From Podarcis gaigeae (Eukaryota): a stretch of DNA of 64,000 bases. Under the pieces are notes generated by a model. The model ran no database searches, had not been told where the DNA came from, and saw only the letters and a list, made by a program, of their open reading frames with translations. This document shows, in pieces, positions 24,105 to 36,633 of the stretch (the stretch's first letter is position 1; the number at the start of each line of letters is the position of its first letter). A program made the position numbers and the translations under genes. The stretch is taken from NCBI GenBank assembly GCA_964106915.2, contig OZ066924.1, one strand, 5' to 3'.

Positions 24105-27100
24105 AGTGAAAGCTCATTGAAGACACCCCAATGTTTTGAGCAACTTCTGGAATAAGTATAAGACAAACCTTTTATACGTTATGGTACTTTGCTTTATGGA
24201 TCAAGCTGGTAGGCTATGTGGAACATACCAACTATTTATTCTGCCCTGGGCAAAATTGCATTGAATCACCTGAAGCATCACAATTCTCCAAAGCTCTATT
24301 CCTTTCAAACAAAATTCACCCTGTAAGGCCTAGACTGCACACTGGTCAGGGAAATGGGAACAATATCAATTGACTTCATGCTATCTTTTCAAGAACCGGA
24401 CAACACATTTCTTTCCTCTCCCTACAGGCCATAGTGTGTGTGAGAGAGGTGAGCATTAGTGATGGGCATTTTATAAGGAATTCAATAGAGAGAATATAAT
24501 GGAACGGAGAAAGGACAGACTGGATAGATATATCTTATTCTCAGTGCCGCGCTGTTTTCTTTGACTGCCTTTATAAAGGCACACTTTTACCCTGCATCAG
24601 TTGTCAGGGAGTGCCTTAACCCTCAAGGCATCCCCAAGGAACCTAGTAAAATGCTCTTGCAATGAACAAAGACAACAGAAAGTAATCAAGAACCATATTT
24701 ACACATAACACTGTCTCCCTGTCCCCCAATCATTTCCTAGGGAGGGATAAATCCACCTAACCCAGTCACTTTAAGAACAGAGATGGGATCATACAGGCCT
24801 CCTTGTTAGCAAATGCTGGTGCTTATGTGGGGTTTTATTGTTGCTGAGTAGTTCTTGGGAAACCAGCCTCAATCCCTTTCTATCACCCCTCTCCTTTATT
24901 CATTTCCCTGCTCATCATGTCTTGTCTGCTTCATGTTATCTGATGCTCCATTAAGTTTCTATTTTGGCTAGAAAAGAGGATCATCCATTGTCAGATATTT
25001 TGATTATCTGCATAACATCACAACTATTCTCATAAATCGAGGGATTTAAAAACAAACTTAATTCATTTTTAGCTACCCTTGGGATGATTCATGACTAACT
25101 CTGACATAAGCTGCAAATACTCCACAATGATTTCTTCAGGTCAATGTACACGGAAGAAATCTGTTAATCCTATGACGGTTCAACTTTTAGTAACTTCTGG
25201 ATTCTCCCTGGAATCTAATCTATAACCTGTTTCCTGGGGTCTAATCCTCCAGCTTTACAGTACAATGTGGCTTTTGCATTGAGTAGATTGCACAACTAGC
25301 CTTTTTTGAGGTTTGAAAATGAGGTGAAGAAATCTAAAGCAGATCTGCGAGTGTTTTTACAATCTTTTAAGTGGTAGAGCATATGTCTTGTCTGCAAGTT
25401 CAACTGCTGGCAGCGTCTCTGCTTAAAAGTACCCCAAGCCCAGGGAGCAGGTGAGGGGAGAGGTCTCTGCCATAGCTTGGTGGGACGAGAGACCATTCTG
25501 GGCCGGATGGAGAGACAATCTTACCTGGTGAAAGGCAGCTTCCTTTGGTCATAGTTCACAGACCGCTTATTCCTTTGGCTTTTCTCAACAAATGCTTAAA
25601 AGTATATTCTGTGTGTGTACCTAAAATCAGTGCTGGTTTTTGTTTTTTTAAAGAAAAAGAGGTACCGGAACTCACCATGAACACCTCCCTCATTCTCTTA
25701 GAATGGCAATGGCACCCACCTCCCACCTGACAGATGCCAGAACTGAGTTTCAGCTGGAAAAAGTCCTGGCTAAAATACATGCCCTATCATCAAAGTTTTT
25801 TTTTTGTTGTTTTGTTTTACAATGAAGATTAAGAAGATAAACACCCAAACTTGCAAGATTCTATGGGGACTTAAGGGGCCAGCATAAAGATAAAACCATT
25901 TTTTAAAAAAATCCAATGCAATATAGCATAGGACCTTACTAGTCAACATCACTCCTCTTAGGAAATTGTGCGTGGGATCCTGAATACAAAGGCATGCAGG
26001 GGATGATTTCATTTTTAAAGGATTCCTAGCTCTTGTCTGTGGAGGCTGAGGGCTATGCACACACATATCCTTGCACCAGTCTAGTTAGGAGCTAGACAGA
26101 CATGTATGGTGGGACTATCAGGGCAGGACTATCAGGAGTAGAAGTGTGGAGAAAATACCCCCCCCCCCCAGTGCAGCTGGGCTGGTTTATTTTGAAGTCA
26201 AAATAACAGTGTTCCCTTATGACCATTAAGACGAGAGTCCAGGGTTGGCCCAAGACATTTCGCCTGAGGAAAAAGGGTATGTTTGTGCCTCACTTTCAAC
26301 TCCACAGACCAGCTAAACTAGTAGTTCAACCTTATTTACACCCTCATGATGGGATAGCACCTGAGGACAGTAGGCTAGCTCAGGGAGTACAGGACAGGCC
26401 TCAGGGCATTTATAGTTCTGTCATCTAGCACCTCACTGCCATCCTCAACATCTGCTGCCTGAAGCAGTTGCCTCATCCCCCCTAATGGCTGAGCTGGCCC
26501 TCCAAGGGTCCTAAAATTACCTAACTGCACCACTGTATGTATGGGGGGGGGAGGGAGGAAAAAGAACCCCATTGACTCTTTTGAATTGTTCCCCATGAGT
26601 TACAGCTATTCACTCCTTTCCCCGTTACAAAGCTGTTTTCCTCCTACAAAGGTACTTCTCCAAAGACGGCTCGCCTCACCAACAGCAGGCTGCCTCCATC
26701 TGCCATTGTGGGTTTGCCTTTGCTACAGCCAGGGATTTCCAGCGCAAGAAAACAAAACCACCTAATAGGTTTCAATTCCTTCCCGGTCCCTTTCCTGTGA
26801 ACAGAAAGCAGAACGATTAAAAAGCCACGTATTCTCTTAGTTGGAACATTTAAACAAGGAAGGGTGTGTTTGTTTGAAAGAACGGGCAAATGGTTATCTG
26901 GACGGATTAGGCTTTTTATTTTTATTGTTAAGGAAAGAAAAGGCACAGCTCAACATGATAACCACTGCCGAAGCACAGATGTCCAGCTTTTGCCATTCGG
27001 CTGTGTTGTTTTTCTAAAGCTCTTCCAAACGAAACCCGCTGGTGTGTTTGCACCTCAACTCAGCTCGACACTCATCTGAGGAATGTGATTAAGAGCTAGT

Positions 27101-28549
27101 GCCTGGCCTGTCTCTTTGGGCAAATGCTCACAGGTCTGAAATTTTCAAAGCCTGCCCTAATTAAACAAGTAGAATGCAAGAGGAATTTCTCTGAAAGGTT
27201 TAAAGACCGTGCCAAAAGAGGGGAGGGGGGAGAAGAATCACCTTTATATTTCAGCAAAGCCAGTCGGAGGCTATTAAGGCTCGCTGGTTCGACGTTCACC
27301 CAGTGGCATGAGAGACCCTGCTTCAGCGAAAACCACCAGAGACAGGGCCTTTTCAATAGTAGCACCTCAGTTATGAGGCAGCCTTCCCAGGGAGGCTCGC
27401 CTGGCGCCCTCTTTGTGGTCTGCTCACCCTGGCCTTTAAAAAAAACTTCAGCAATTTGACCTATATATTTTAAAATCTGTTTTTAATTTTGGGAGAGCAC
27501 CGAATTCTGTTTTGTTGTGTTTATGTATGCCCTTTCTCCTTTAGTGGTCTTATGTTTTACTTGACATTTCAATTGTGGGTTTTATTACTTTTTTATTGTA
27601 AGTCACCCACAGAACTTTGTTTTATGGGGAGGCACACAAATAAATGACTAAATGGAACTGGAGCAGCTCTGAACAATTGCCGGTTCTTTGTTTTGGGGCG
27701 TCGGGCACAACACTGTCCGTGTAAGCCCTCACCCTCAATGGCCTCCTCTTCATCCTCACTGCCACTACTGCCAACTGAGGAGCCGGCAGTCAGGCATCAG
27801 CCGCTGCTGTTATTTTGGATCTTTGCTGGCTTGTGACTTGCTTACTCCGTCTCTGTTTGTGTAAACAGGCAGCAATAGTGAAAAGGAGAAGCAGCAAACT
27901 TCTGGATGTTAGCTGATGCCCAACCAGCCTGACACCACATCCCTCAACTGTCCTGAACAAATTGGGACATCCCATTTTTGGGCACCGCAGCCCCAAAAGA
28001 TGTTCAGGGTGTAATCTTATGCAGGTCACATGACTCACGCAGGCATGCATCCCAGAAGACCCAGTTTTCCAAGGCGACATGTTGGAGGGTGTTTGACACA
28101 TGAACTGAACTTGCTCCAGACCTTCCCACGCCACCAGGAAGAGTGTCGTGGAGAAATGGGAGGAGTCTATGCTGTGCCGTAATGCCTGCTGCTGTGAGGT
28201 CACAGAATCCTGGCAAATCAAGGCAGAAGCATGGAATGTTGAAAAAGGGCAAGGCAGAAGGGGGAAAGTCAGCTGGTAACAACTAGAAGGGAAACGAGCA
28301 CTGAATAAAGGAGGCAAAGACAGAAAAGACAGAGCGAAGAAAACAGCTAGATACAGCCTCAGGAAAGAGGGGGGAAGTGGACCAACAACACAGATTTATG
28401 GTACCAAAATAACTGTACAACTCTTGCCACTCAACTAGAAAATTATTTATTTTTTAAAGTATATCTTACCTTTCTTGTAAAACAGCTCCAGGTGGATAAC
28501 ATTTCATCAGAACAACAGCACATCTATCAATCAAAATAAGCTACAAAAG

Positions 28550-28732
28550 TAGGGCTGCCATTTCAAACAATGACGTTTTTGAGCCATTTTTATGGAAAAT
28601 TGGCAAAAACGACACTGCTGACACGGGTTGCCATAATGTCTGGATTTCATGTTGCCATTTTCCACCTGAACACTGCTGCTGACCGCAGTATTCCAGATAT
28701 GTCCAGGAAATTCCGGACATATGGCAACCCTA
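28550..28732. mobile_element. hAT MITE (TAGGGYTGCCAT TIR)
   Basis: TAGGGCTGCCAT...ATGGCAACCCTA, with acaaaa(a)g on both flanks. Confidence 0.8.
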
Positions 28733-29157
28733 ACAAAAAGCAAAAACAACAAGGTGTGTGTGTGTGTGTGTGTGTAATCCAGAGAGGTATGTGCTCTGGT
28801 ACAATATGCAAAGCTTGCAGCTTTATGTACTTTTTACGTTTCTGAAGCACTCCATATTCCCAGAGAACCAGCAGTTGGTATTTTTTTGACAGCACAAATA
28901 TTTAGCAAAGGTAATTAGGGACTGGGGAAATCCACTTTCATTCCTTCCTTGCAAAGGCCAAGTGTCCAAGCCATTCATCATGCATTTGCCGAAACCTTAA
29001 CCAAGAACAAAGAAGTAAGAACTGCCGTTGTTTGTCTTTTCTTAACCACCAGCGGCAAAATAAGGTTAATGATATGTTTGTAACAACTACAATTATTCCT
29101 CACAGACATTCTTCTGAATTAGAGAAGTCTTATTTTATTATTGGTGACCTATATGAG

Positions 29158-29160
<3 letters not shown>

Positions 29161-29208
<48 letters not shown>
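29161..29208. repeat. (AG)n microsatellite
   Basis: Seen directly. Other dinucleotide runs lie at 28754-28774, 32006-32041, 34142-34178, 36601-36630 and 60099-60126. Confidence 0.97.
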
Positions 29209-29212
<4 letters not shown>

Positions 29213-30133
29213 GGCAATACTAGCTATCAGCTTTTTGATGACAATTCCACATACACCCCCCCTCTTCATTTGAGATTAGAGCACACATCTAACTGGTCAC
29301 ATTTTGGAACACAGAGAATAATACATTCCCAGGGAAACTGGGGATATAACCTTGGGGGAAAGATGTGGCTTGATTGAGCAGATAACTAACTACACACATC
29401 TTTAGGTAAATGGCGAAATATCAAAGGAAACTTTTTTAAAAAATAAAAAGACCAATGTCCCTACAGGAAAGTATCAATAGAGATTTTCGCATCTGAGCTC
29501 AAAGCGTTGTAGCATGTCTTTGATGATGGGACTTTTACCCAGAGACTGCTTTATGAGAACAAATATGCTGTTCAAATTGTCATCAGAATGACAATGAATT
29601 AACCAAGCCCTATTCAAATGGACTTCTGGCATGACATCAATCAGCTACTCTTTTCACGATGCATCTAGGTTAATATAAAAGAAATGCAGTACAATATCAT
29701 TTATTTCATTTAACAGCCTTCAAACAGTAGATCATAAAATTCTTTATTGGGCATCACTTCAAGACAAGATCTGAAGAGGGGAAGGCACTCACAAGACTCA
29801 AAGGAAAGGAAGAGAGTTTCAGAGACAAATCCCACCTCAGGGCCCCAAAGAAAGCATTTTTCAAACAGGTAAAGAAAAAAAAAAGAAGTGAAAGAAACAG
29901 TACGAGATCATCATTTCCTATTTCTGTGCCATTGTCCAGGGGTTGCAATTCTGTTTAAAACTGTCATGGTTATGTTTCAACATGTAACAAGTGACTTATG
30001 TCTGCACTTTCTTTTTGTTCCTGAGATAGGATTTTAGAAACAATGCACCAACAATGACCTTGACGTCTGGTTCCAGATGATACCCAACAACTTCCACAAT
30101 CTAAGGTCTATTTGGACATTGTTTTCTTACACA

Positions 30134-30824
30134 TTTGGACTCACAGCTGTCCATGGAGGCGCAGGTCAATTCTGTATCCAGGGCAGCTGTCTACCAACTC
30201 CACCTGGTACGCAGGCTGAGACCCTACCTGCCCGTGGACTGTCTCGCCAGAGTCGTGCATGCTCTAGTTATCTCCCGCTTGGACTACTGCAATGCGCTCT
30301 ACGTGGGGCTACCTTTGAAGGTGACTCGGAAACTACAACTAATCCAGAATGCGGCAGCTAGACGGGTGACTGGGGTCGGCCGCCGAGACCACATAACACC
30401 GGTCTTGAAAGACCTACATTGGCTCCCAGTACGTTTCCGAGCACAATTCAAAGTGCTGGTGTTGACCTTTAAAGCCCTAAACGGCCTTGGCCCAGTATAC
30501 CTGAAGGAGCGTCTCCACCCCCATCGTTCTGCCCGGACGCTGAGGTCCAGCGCCGAGGGCCTTCTTGCGGTTCCCTCATTACGAGAAGCAAAGCTACAGG
30601 GAACCAGGCAGAGGGCCTTCTCGGTAGAGGCACCCGCCCTGTGGAATGCCCTCCCATCAGATGTCAAAGCGATAAATAACTACCTGACATTCAGAAGACA
30701 TCTTAAGGCAGCCCTGTTCAGGGAAGTTTTTAATCTGTGATATTTTAGTGTATTTCTGGTTTTTATGGAAGCCGCCCAGAGTGGCTGGGGAAACCCAGCC
30801 AGATGGGCGGGGTACAAATAATAA

Positions 30825-30866
<42 letters not shown>
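30134..30866 (+). mobile_element. Young L2-clade LINE, 5'-truncated, ORF2 C-terminus intact
   Basis: 201-aa open frame ...HALVISRLDYCNALYVGLP...LHWLPVRFRAQFKVLVLTFKALNGLGP...LWNALP...FRRHLKAALF, then 3' UTR and (ATT)n tail. Confidence 0.92.
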
Positions 30867-30868
<2 letters not shown>

Positions 30869-30902
30869 ACTATTAGCATCCTGGAAGGGGTGGCGGTGGC
30901 AG

Positions 30903-31610
30903 CAGGGCTGTGCAAAAATCAATATATCTTTCAAAACCGGTTCGAAGTCTATATTGTGATATCGGTTTCATAATTTTTGACCTGGCAATATATGTCATGG
31001 GGTGGGTTTTTTGTGTGCTATGCAAAAATCACAATGTGTGTGTGGGGGGGAACTGTGATGCCAGTCAATGTCTCTACATATTGTTGTTTAGTCGTTTAGT
31101 CGTGTCCGACTCTTCGTGACCCCATGGACCAGAGCACACCAGGCACTCCTGTCTTCCACTGCCTCCCGCAGTTTGGTCAAACTCATGCTGGTAGCTTTGA
31201 GAACACCATCCAACCATCTCGTCCTCTGTCATCCCCTTCTCCTTTCCCAACATCATGGTCTTTTCCAGGGAGTCTTCTCTTCTCATGAGGTGGCCAAAGT
31301 ATTGGAGCCTCAGCTTCCGGATCTGTCCTTCCATTGAGCACTCAGGGCTGATTTCCTTCAGAATGGATAGGTTTGATCTTCTTGCAGTCCATGGGACTCT
31401 CAAGAGTCTCCTCCAGCACCATAATTCAACAGCGTCAATTCGTTGGCGATCAGCCTTCTTTATGGTCCAGCTCTAACTTCCATACATCACTACATAGCTC
31501 CATCCTTATTTCACACATTGTGATATGTTACGATGTTTAGTTGGTGATATGTTGTGATGGTTAGCTGGTGATGTATCACGATGATGAAAACCAGATATCG
31601 CCCAGCCCTA
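30903..31610. mobile_element. hAT MITE interrupted by BovB
   Basis: CAGGGCTGTGC...GATATCGCCCAGCCCTA termini and repeated gatatc/cgat subterminal motifs. Confidence 0.65.
31081..31489 (-). mobile_element. BovB (RTE clade) LINE 3' fragment
   Basis: Translation RVPWTARRSNLSILKEISPECSMEGQIRKLRLQYFGHLMRREDSLEKT; 3' end gaagagtcggacacgactaaacgactaaacaacaa; CTACATA duplicated at both flanks. Confidence 0.92.
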
Positions 31611-32003
31611 AATAGCAGCCATTGCCACTCTGCCCCCAATCAGTCGACTCTCTGTTTGTCAATTGACACACAATGTCAGTTGACTCTCTGCTGTCCATAA
31701 ATTGGAGAGAAGATTAGAAGGGGGAACCTACTCTACCTGCAGTGCTTAGGCTCCTCCTATGACACAAAACCCGTTTAATAGTTCCAAGAAATACTACCCT
31801 AATAGGGCTGATGCAAATAATGTCTCAGAGCTTGCAGAATGAGGGATGTCAATGGGAAACAGCATCAAATGTTGAAGTCAACCAACCAGGGAGCTCAGTC
31901 ACTGTGGTCAGTAGTCTTCCTAACTTAGGGTCTTGCAGCACTTTTATTAATTCAGTCAAAATAACCAGAAAGGCTAAATGGTGCACTTTCTACACATAGG
32001 AAG

Positions 32004-32043
<40 letters not shown>

Positions 32044-34141
32044 TCCCTCCCTACTTAAGGAGGCATGGGACTTTTCACAGAAGGGTTACGAGTTAAGCCA
32101 GATAGCATGCTGCCACAATTCATTTCCACTTTAAATGTCCAAATATTATTCCATTACTAATTACAGATAAAATTGTGAATGCTGGCTGGTCTCAAGACAG
32201 GGTTCAGTTGTTCTCAGAAACAATATCATTTCTGATACTGGTGGCAATGATGGTACCGATATAAAGAAAGTCAGCAGCAATTTACACGGGAAAATCTGCT
32301 CCCTCTCCTACCATTACTGGAATGGTCTTTTAGATTTTTCTTTTTTCTAGTTTTAAGGTATGCACATGTTTGCTTAAAATATTGCAAGTAGCTTTGAGTT
32401 ACGTTGGTAATAAAGCAAGCAGTTCATTTAATAAATACTACTAATAATATAAGCATTGCCCCTTTTGCTTCTAGGTGTCTATAATATGCTCAGAGATAGC
32501 CAGTGTCTATTTTCTTTTCTCTATTCCTTGTATTTATATACAAGAGTCAAAGCCATCACCAAGCAACTCAAGTAACAAGTATTATAGTGGCCCCAAACCG
32601 CAGCATCGAATACAAAATGTGCTCCAAATACACATATGGTCCTTATCTGAAAGATAGACAACTTGTATTCTCTATCATTAATTAGTGTTTCTCTTGACAA
32701 ATTTTAAAAGTGCAGCTTGTGGGCCTAAAAAAGAGAAGGAAATAAGGACATGTGCAAACCTTATACCGCTGCCATGTTGTGAACATGTCCTTTTCATTGG
32801 CTAACTGACAGCAGGAGGCCCTTTGCTAGAAAACGACACCTTCAGCTTTCCAGATTTAATTTTTCTTGCACACATTGGAGGGGGAAAAAGATATTTAAGC
32901 CCGTCCAATACTTCCTTCAGTGACCTGGTGCACCAATCACTGGAGATGCCTAACTGGCTCAGACAGTGAATATTTCACCGCATTGTCTTGAAAGTGCAAC
33001 AGGTTTAAGACCCAGTGGGCCTGCTGTAGTCTTAATGAAGCAGTTAATGATGTGTGAATTATAGAGCCTGACAACCCCCCTCCCCAATAAAACCAACAGG
33101 GATGCTTTCAGAGTCTTCCATGGCAGTTAAGTAATGACAATGCTGTCTGCATAACTTAACAAAGCACCATTAAGTAAAACGCCATGTCTACCTGGCCGCA
33201 CTGAACATGCCCATACACACAAGCAAACATCGGTGCGGAAGAACTAGTCGTACGTTGCTTTCTTTCTAGACAGTTGGCAAGAGAAATTCACCAGCCATGG
33301 GAAGCCGGGGAGGGGGCGCTTTGCAACTCAGCACCCTGTAAAACAACGTGTTATTCACAGTTATCACAATTTGGCTTTTCTGGGAGAATCCTCCTTTAGA
33401 GAAACACATGCAGAGGATTTCAATCAGCCAATTGTTTCCCCACATGAATGAGGGGAGTTCTGAATGTGCTGCAAACACTGCGCTTCGCTCCCTCGCACAA
33501 AAGGCAGCTCTTTGTGCGCAGACGGGGGATTTGCACATCCCGCACACAAGTTTAAGCAAGCCAGTGTAAATTAAACTGGTGTAAAGTTGCACCAGGTCCA
33601 TGCCCCATTCAGCAGCGGGGCCTGGCAGAGGGAAAACAAGCCTGTAAAACAGTGTTCTGTGTTGGGTTGCCAGGTCATGTGACTTAGGATCCAGCTTAAG
33701 TCCCTGCCCCGCCCTGCAACACCCCTGGGACACCCTTTTCTTGTGGCATACATTGGCCTCAACTCAGCCAGCTTCGGGACTTAAGCTGACCGGTGAACCA
33801 GTCATTGGAGAGCCATTGCATCCTAAATTGCTCATCTGGGCCAAACTTCCCTGTGTCCGTTAAGAAAAATAGGTTCGGAGTGAATAAAAACCTGCTTTGC
33901 ATCTCTTTTGATAGGGCGTTTCAGGGTCACTTAATGATTCAGGCTAAAATCCACAGAGAATTTTGCCTGTGCAGCCGCATGCCCTATTAACTGCAATAGT
34001 GATTGCATAGGAGAAGTTCCTGCTGACTTGTGCTCAGAGCAAGCAAGAGTGGGAGAGAAAGGGGGGGGGAGAAGAGGGGGGGGAATGGAGCGGATGCATA
34101 TATAAATTATCTAGATAATCTCGCTATGAAGAGGAAAAGTT

Positions 34142-34178
<37 letters not shown>

Positions 34179-34715
34179 TGAAATGCTCTATCTGAAATGT
34201 TGATAGAATGCTTTGTCTAAATTGTCCCTTCATATATATATTTGCCTTTTCATTTGCCTGTGTTGTAAGATTGGGGGGGTTGGATGATGCTTGTGAGTTC
34301 CAGCCATGCCTGTGATTTAGCGGGTTGAGGTTGGAATCTAGCAAAGAGACTGCAGAACTGGTCAAGCCAGATTCTTTGTTATCTTGCTTACAGGGCCATC
34401 CGCCTGTCCCTGTGGCTGAAGAAATGGGTGAATAACAGATGCGTTGCCATAGAGACAACTAGGTAGGCCTTTCCCACCCATCCCCCTCAACTGGCTGAAG
34501 GCCACATCTTCTTGTAGGTGGGAGCACATTAGGCCAGGGAGAGGGCTGGTCTTTGTGCTAAGTCTGGGCTGAAGCTAGAGAGATGCAGAGACTTGACTTG
34601 CTTTGTGTGCTGAATCCAAAACCATGGCTTTGGGAACCCTCCTAAAAACGAGGAAGAGAGAACTTGCTGGTGTGTTAATGCTGTGAGCCCTTCTGTCTTA
34701 CACTCAAGCTGCATA

Positions 34716-34934
34716 CAGTGGTACTTTGGTTCTCGAACTAAATCCATTCTGGGAGTCCATTCGACTCCCAAAACCATTCAAAAACCAAGGCTGCAGGAGC
34801 TTCCTGCACTGAAGCGGAAGCCGCGTTGGACGTCCGGCTTCGGAAAAACGTTCACAAACCAGAACGCTTACTTCCAGGTTTGCGGGAGCTGATTTGTTCG
34901 ACAACTAAGCCATTCGAGAACCAAGGTACCACTG
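34716..34934. mobile_element. Tc1/mariner MITE
   Basis: TA|CAGTGGTACTTTGGTTCTCGAA...TTCGAGAACCAAGGTACCACTG|TA. Confidence 0.88.
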
Positions 34935-35106
34935 TATCTGTGTAAAGAAAACCATATACCCTGAAGCATCACAGTTTCTATGGACCTACATTCCATGGAA
35001 ACCAAACCTTGGCTAACCGCTGGAACTCCAGGAGTCTCTTCACCACTCAGAGAGTGGGGTGCACACAGCAGTCTACATTTCCTAACTCTAATACTGAAAC
35101 CGGGAA

Positions 35107-35358
35107 CTTGGGCGTAGCCAGAATTCAGGTTGGGGGACCCGGACACTCAACTGTTATCATCCTCTGTCTGGCTCTGTCTAGCAGATTTGGAATGAAACAA
35201 TAACAGTTGTTTTAAATTACTTTCCTTTGACCCCAAGTGCTCAGAAAATTCTGTCAAAATCTTTCTACAATTTCTACTTTTAGTTAAGTATTTTTAATTT
35301 TTTACTTGATTGGGGGGGGGGGGGCAGCTGCTTCCCGTGCTCCCCGGCTGTGCCCATG
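35107..35358. mobile_element. hAT MITE
   Basis: CTTGGGCGTAGCC...GGCTGTGCCCATG; degenerate 8-bp TSD ACCGGGAA/ACTAGGAA. Confidence 0.65.
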
Positions 35359-35536
35359 ACTAGGAACAGAAAACTGCCCATGCAAAGTCTCGTGAATGTA
35401 ATCTGTATATACAATATAGGCAGGATTTCTTCATTGTTCGAAGGTCATGTGTAAGGCAGGAGATATCTTGGAAACAATCTTCCTGAATACATGACCCACT
35501 ACTTGAACTGGTTTTTCTTCACACATACCTCATGAG

Positions 35537-35968
35537 TGTTCCATGATTGCAGTCATGGGATTTTTGTATTTCACATGGCGTGGTATGTTTTGACTCCACA
35601 GAGTGGGAAGTGACGGAGACAGGATGTTTGTGTTACTGTGTTCCGTGAAGTGGGACTATTGTCCTTTGTTCTTTCTCTTGGCTTTCTGATGCTAGAGGGA
35701 GAGGGAGCCATGTTGCAGTGCTCCGTGTGTGTTTATATGTAAATAAAGTAGATTAGTCAAAATGCTGAGTTGCTGAGGTCTGTTACACAACTGCAAAGAG
35801 TCTGAGGATCCCTAAGTGTTCTGATGTCTCTTGGCATCGGTCACTGTGATGTTTGGGCTGAAGAAAGCTTTTGAAGCTCCCGAACGATCGACCAGGAGGG
35901 AGGGAACATGCCAGTTGGGCGTGTGTCTCTGCCAGGGTCCTGCTTGATTGTAGGACGAGCTCCTGACA
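35537..35968 (+). mobile_element. Solo LTR (432 bp)
   Basis: TG...CA termini, perfect 5-bp TSD ATGAG, internal AATAAA near 35742. Confidence 0.8.
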
Positions 35969-36061
35969 ATGAGTACATAGGTGTCATTCCCCAAAAGCTC
36001 ACTACTCCAGCACCTAAACTTCGTTTCTAAGCTTAGTCCCATCCTGGCATTGGGCTGTCAT

Positions 36062-36241
36062 TTAGGAAAATAGGAAGCTGCCTTATAATGAATCCAACCA
36101 CTCATCCATTTAGCTCCATATTGTCTACAATGACTAGCAGTGACTCTCCAGCATTTCAGAATGAAGCTCTCCCAGCTTGACCTGGAGAAGCAGGAGATTG
36201 AACCATGAACCTACTGCATACAAAGCAAAACGCTCTGAGCC
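36062..36241 (-). mobile_element. Squam3-like SINE (old)
   Basis: aggaaaataggaagctgccttata tail and attgaacc/tgcatacaaagca head in reverse orientation. Confidence 0.7.
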
Positions 36242-36594
36242 AAGACCAGATGACTTTTTAACCATCACTTTTGTACTATCATGATACCACTCCACGTGTT
36301 AAAATGTAAAAAGTTACCAATTCCAAGAACTAATCCTCTGAGCCTTTGCAAAACACAGTCCTGTTCCACATGCACATCACAACTTTCTGTTAGTGATTTA
36401 CTAACGTTGGTCAACACCAAGCTCTCTTTCCCTCGCTTCCTCCCTCTCTGTGGCAACTGTTTGTGTTGAGCTTAGTTATGCTTTCTCTGAACATCTTTGA
36501 TGAATGTTGAGATGGACTTTGATTTAAAGGAGGTATATGCTTGAGGGCTAGAGAAGATCCAGCCTCTGAAGGAAATGGTGAAGGGTTGAAGATG

Positions 36595-36633
<39 letters not shown>

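Noticed and set aside
27790-28317. 175-aa ORF
   Set aside because: No recognisable homology or motif; the length is compatible with chance in GC-richer non-coding DNA.
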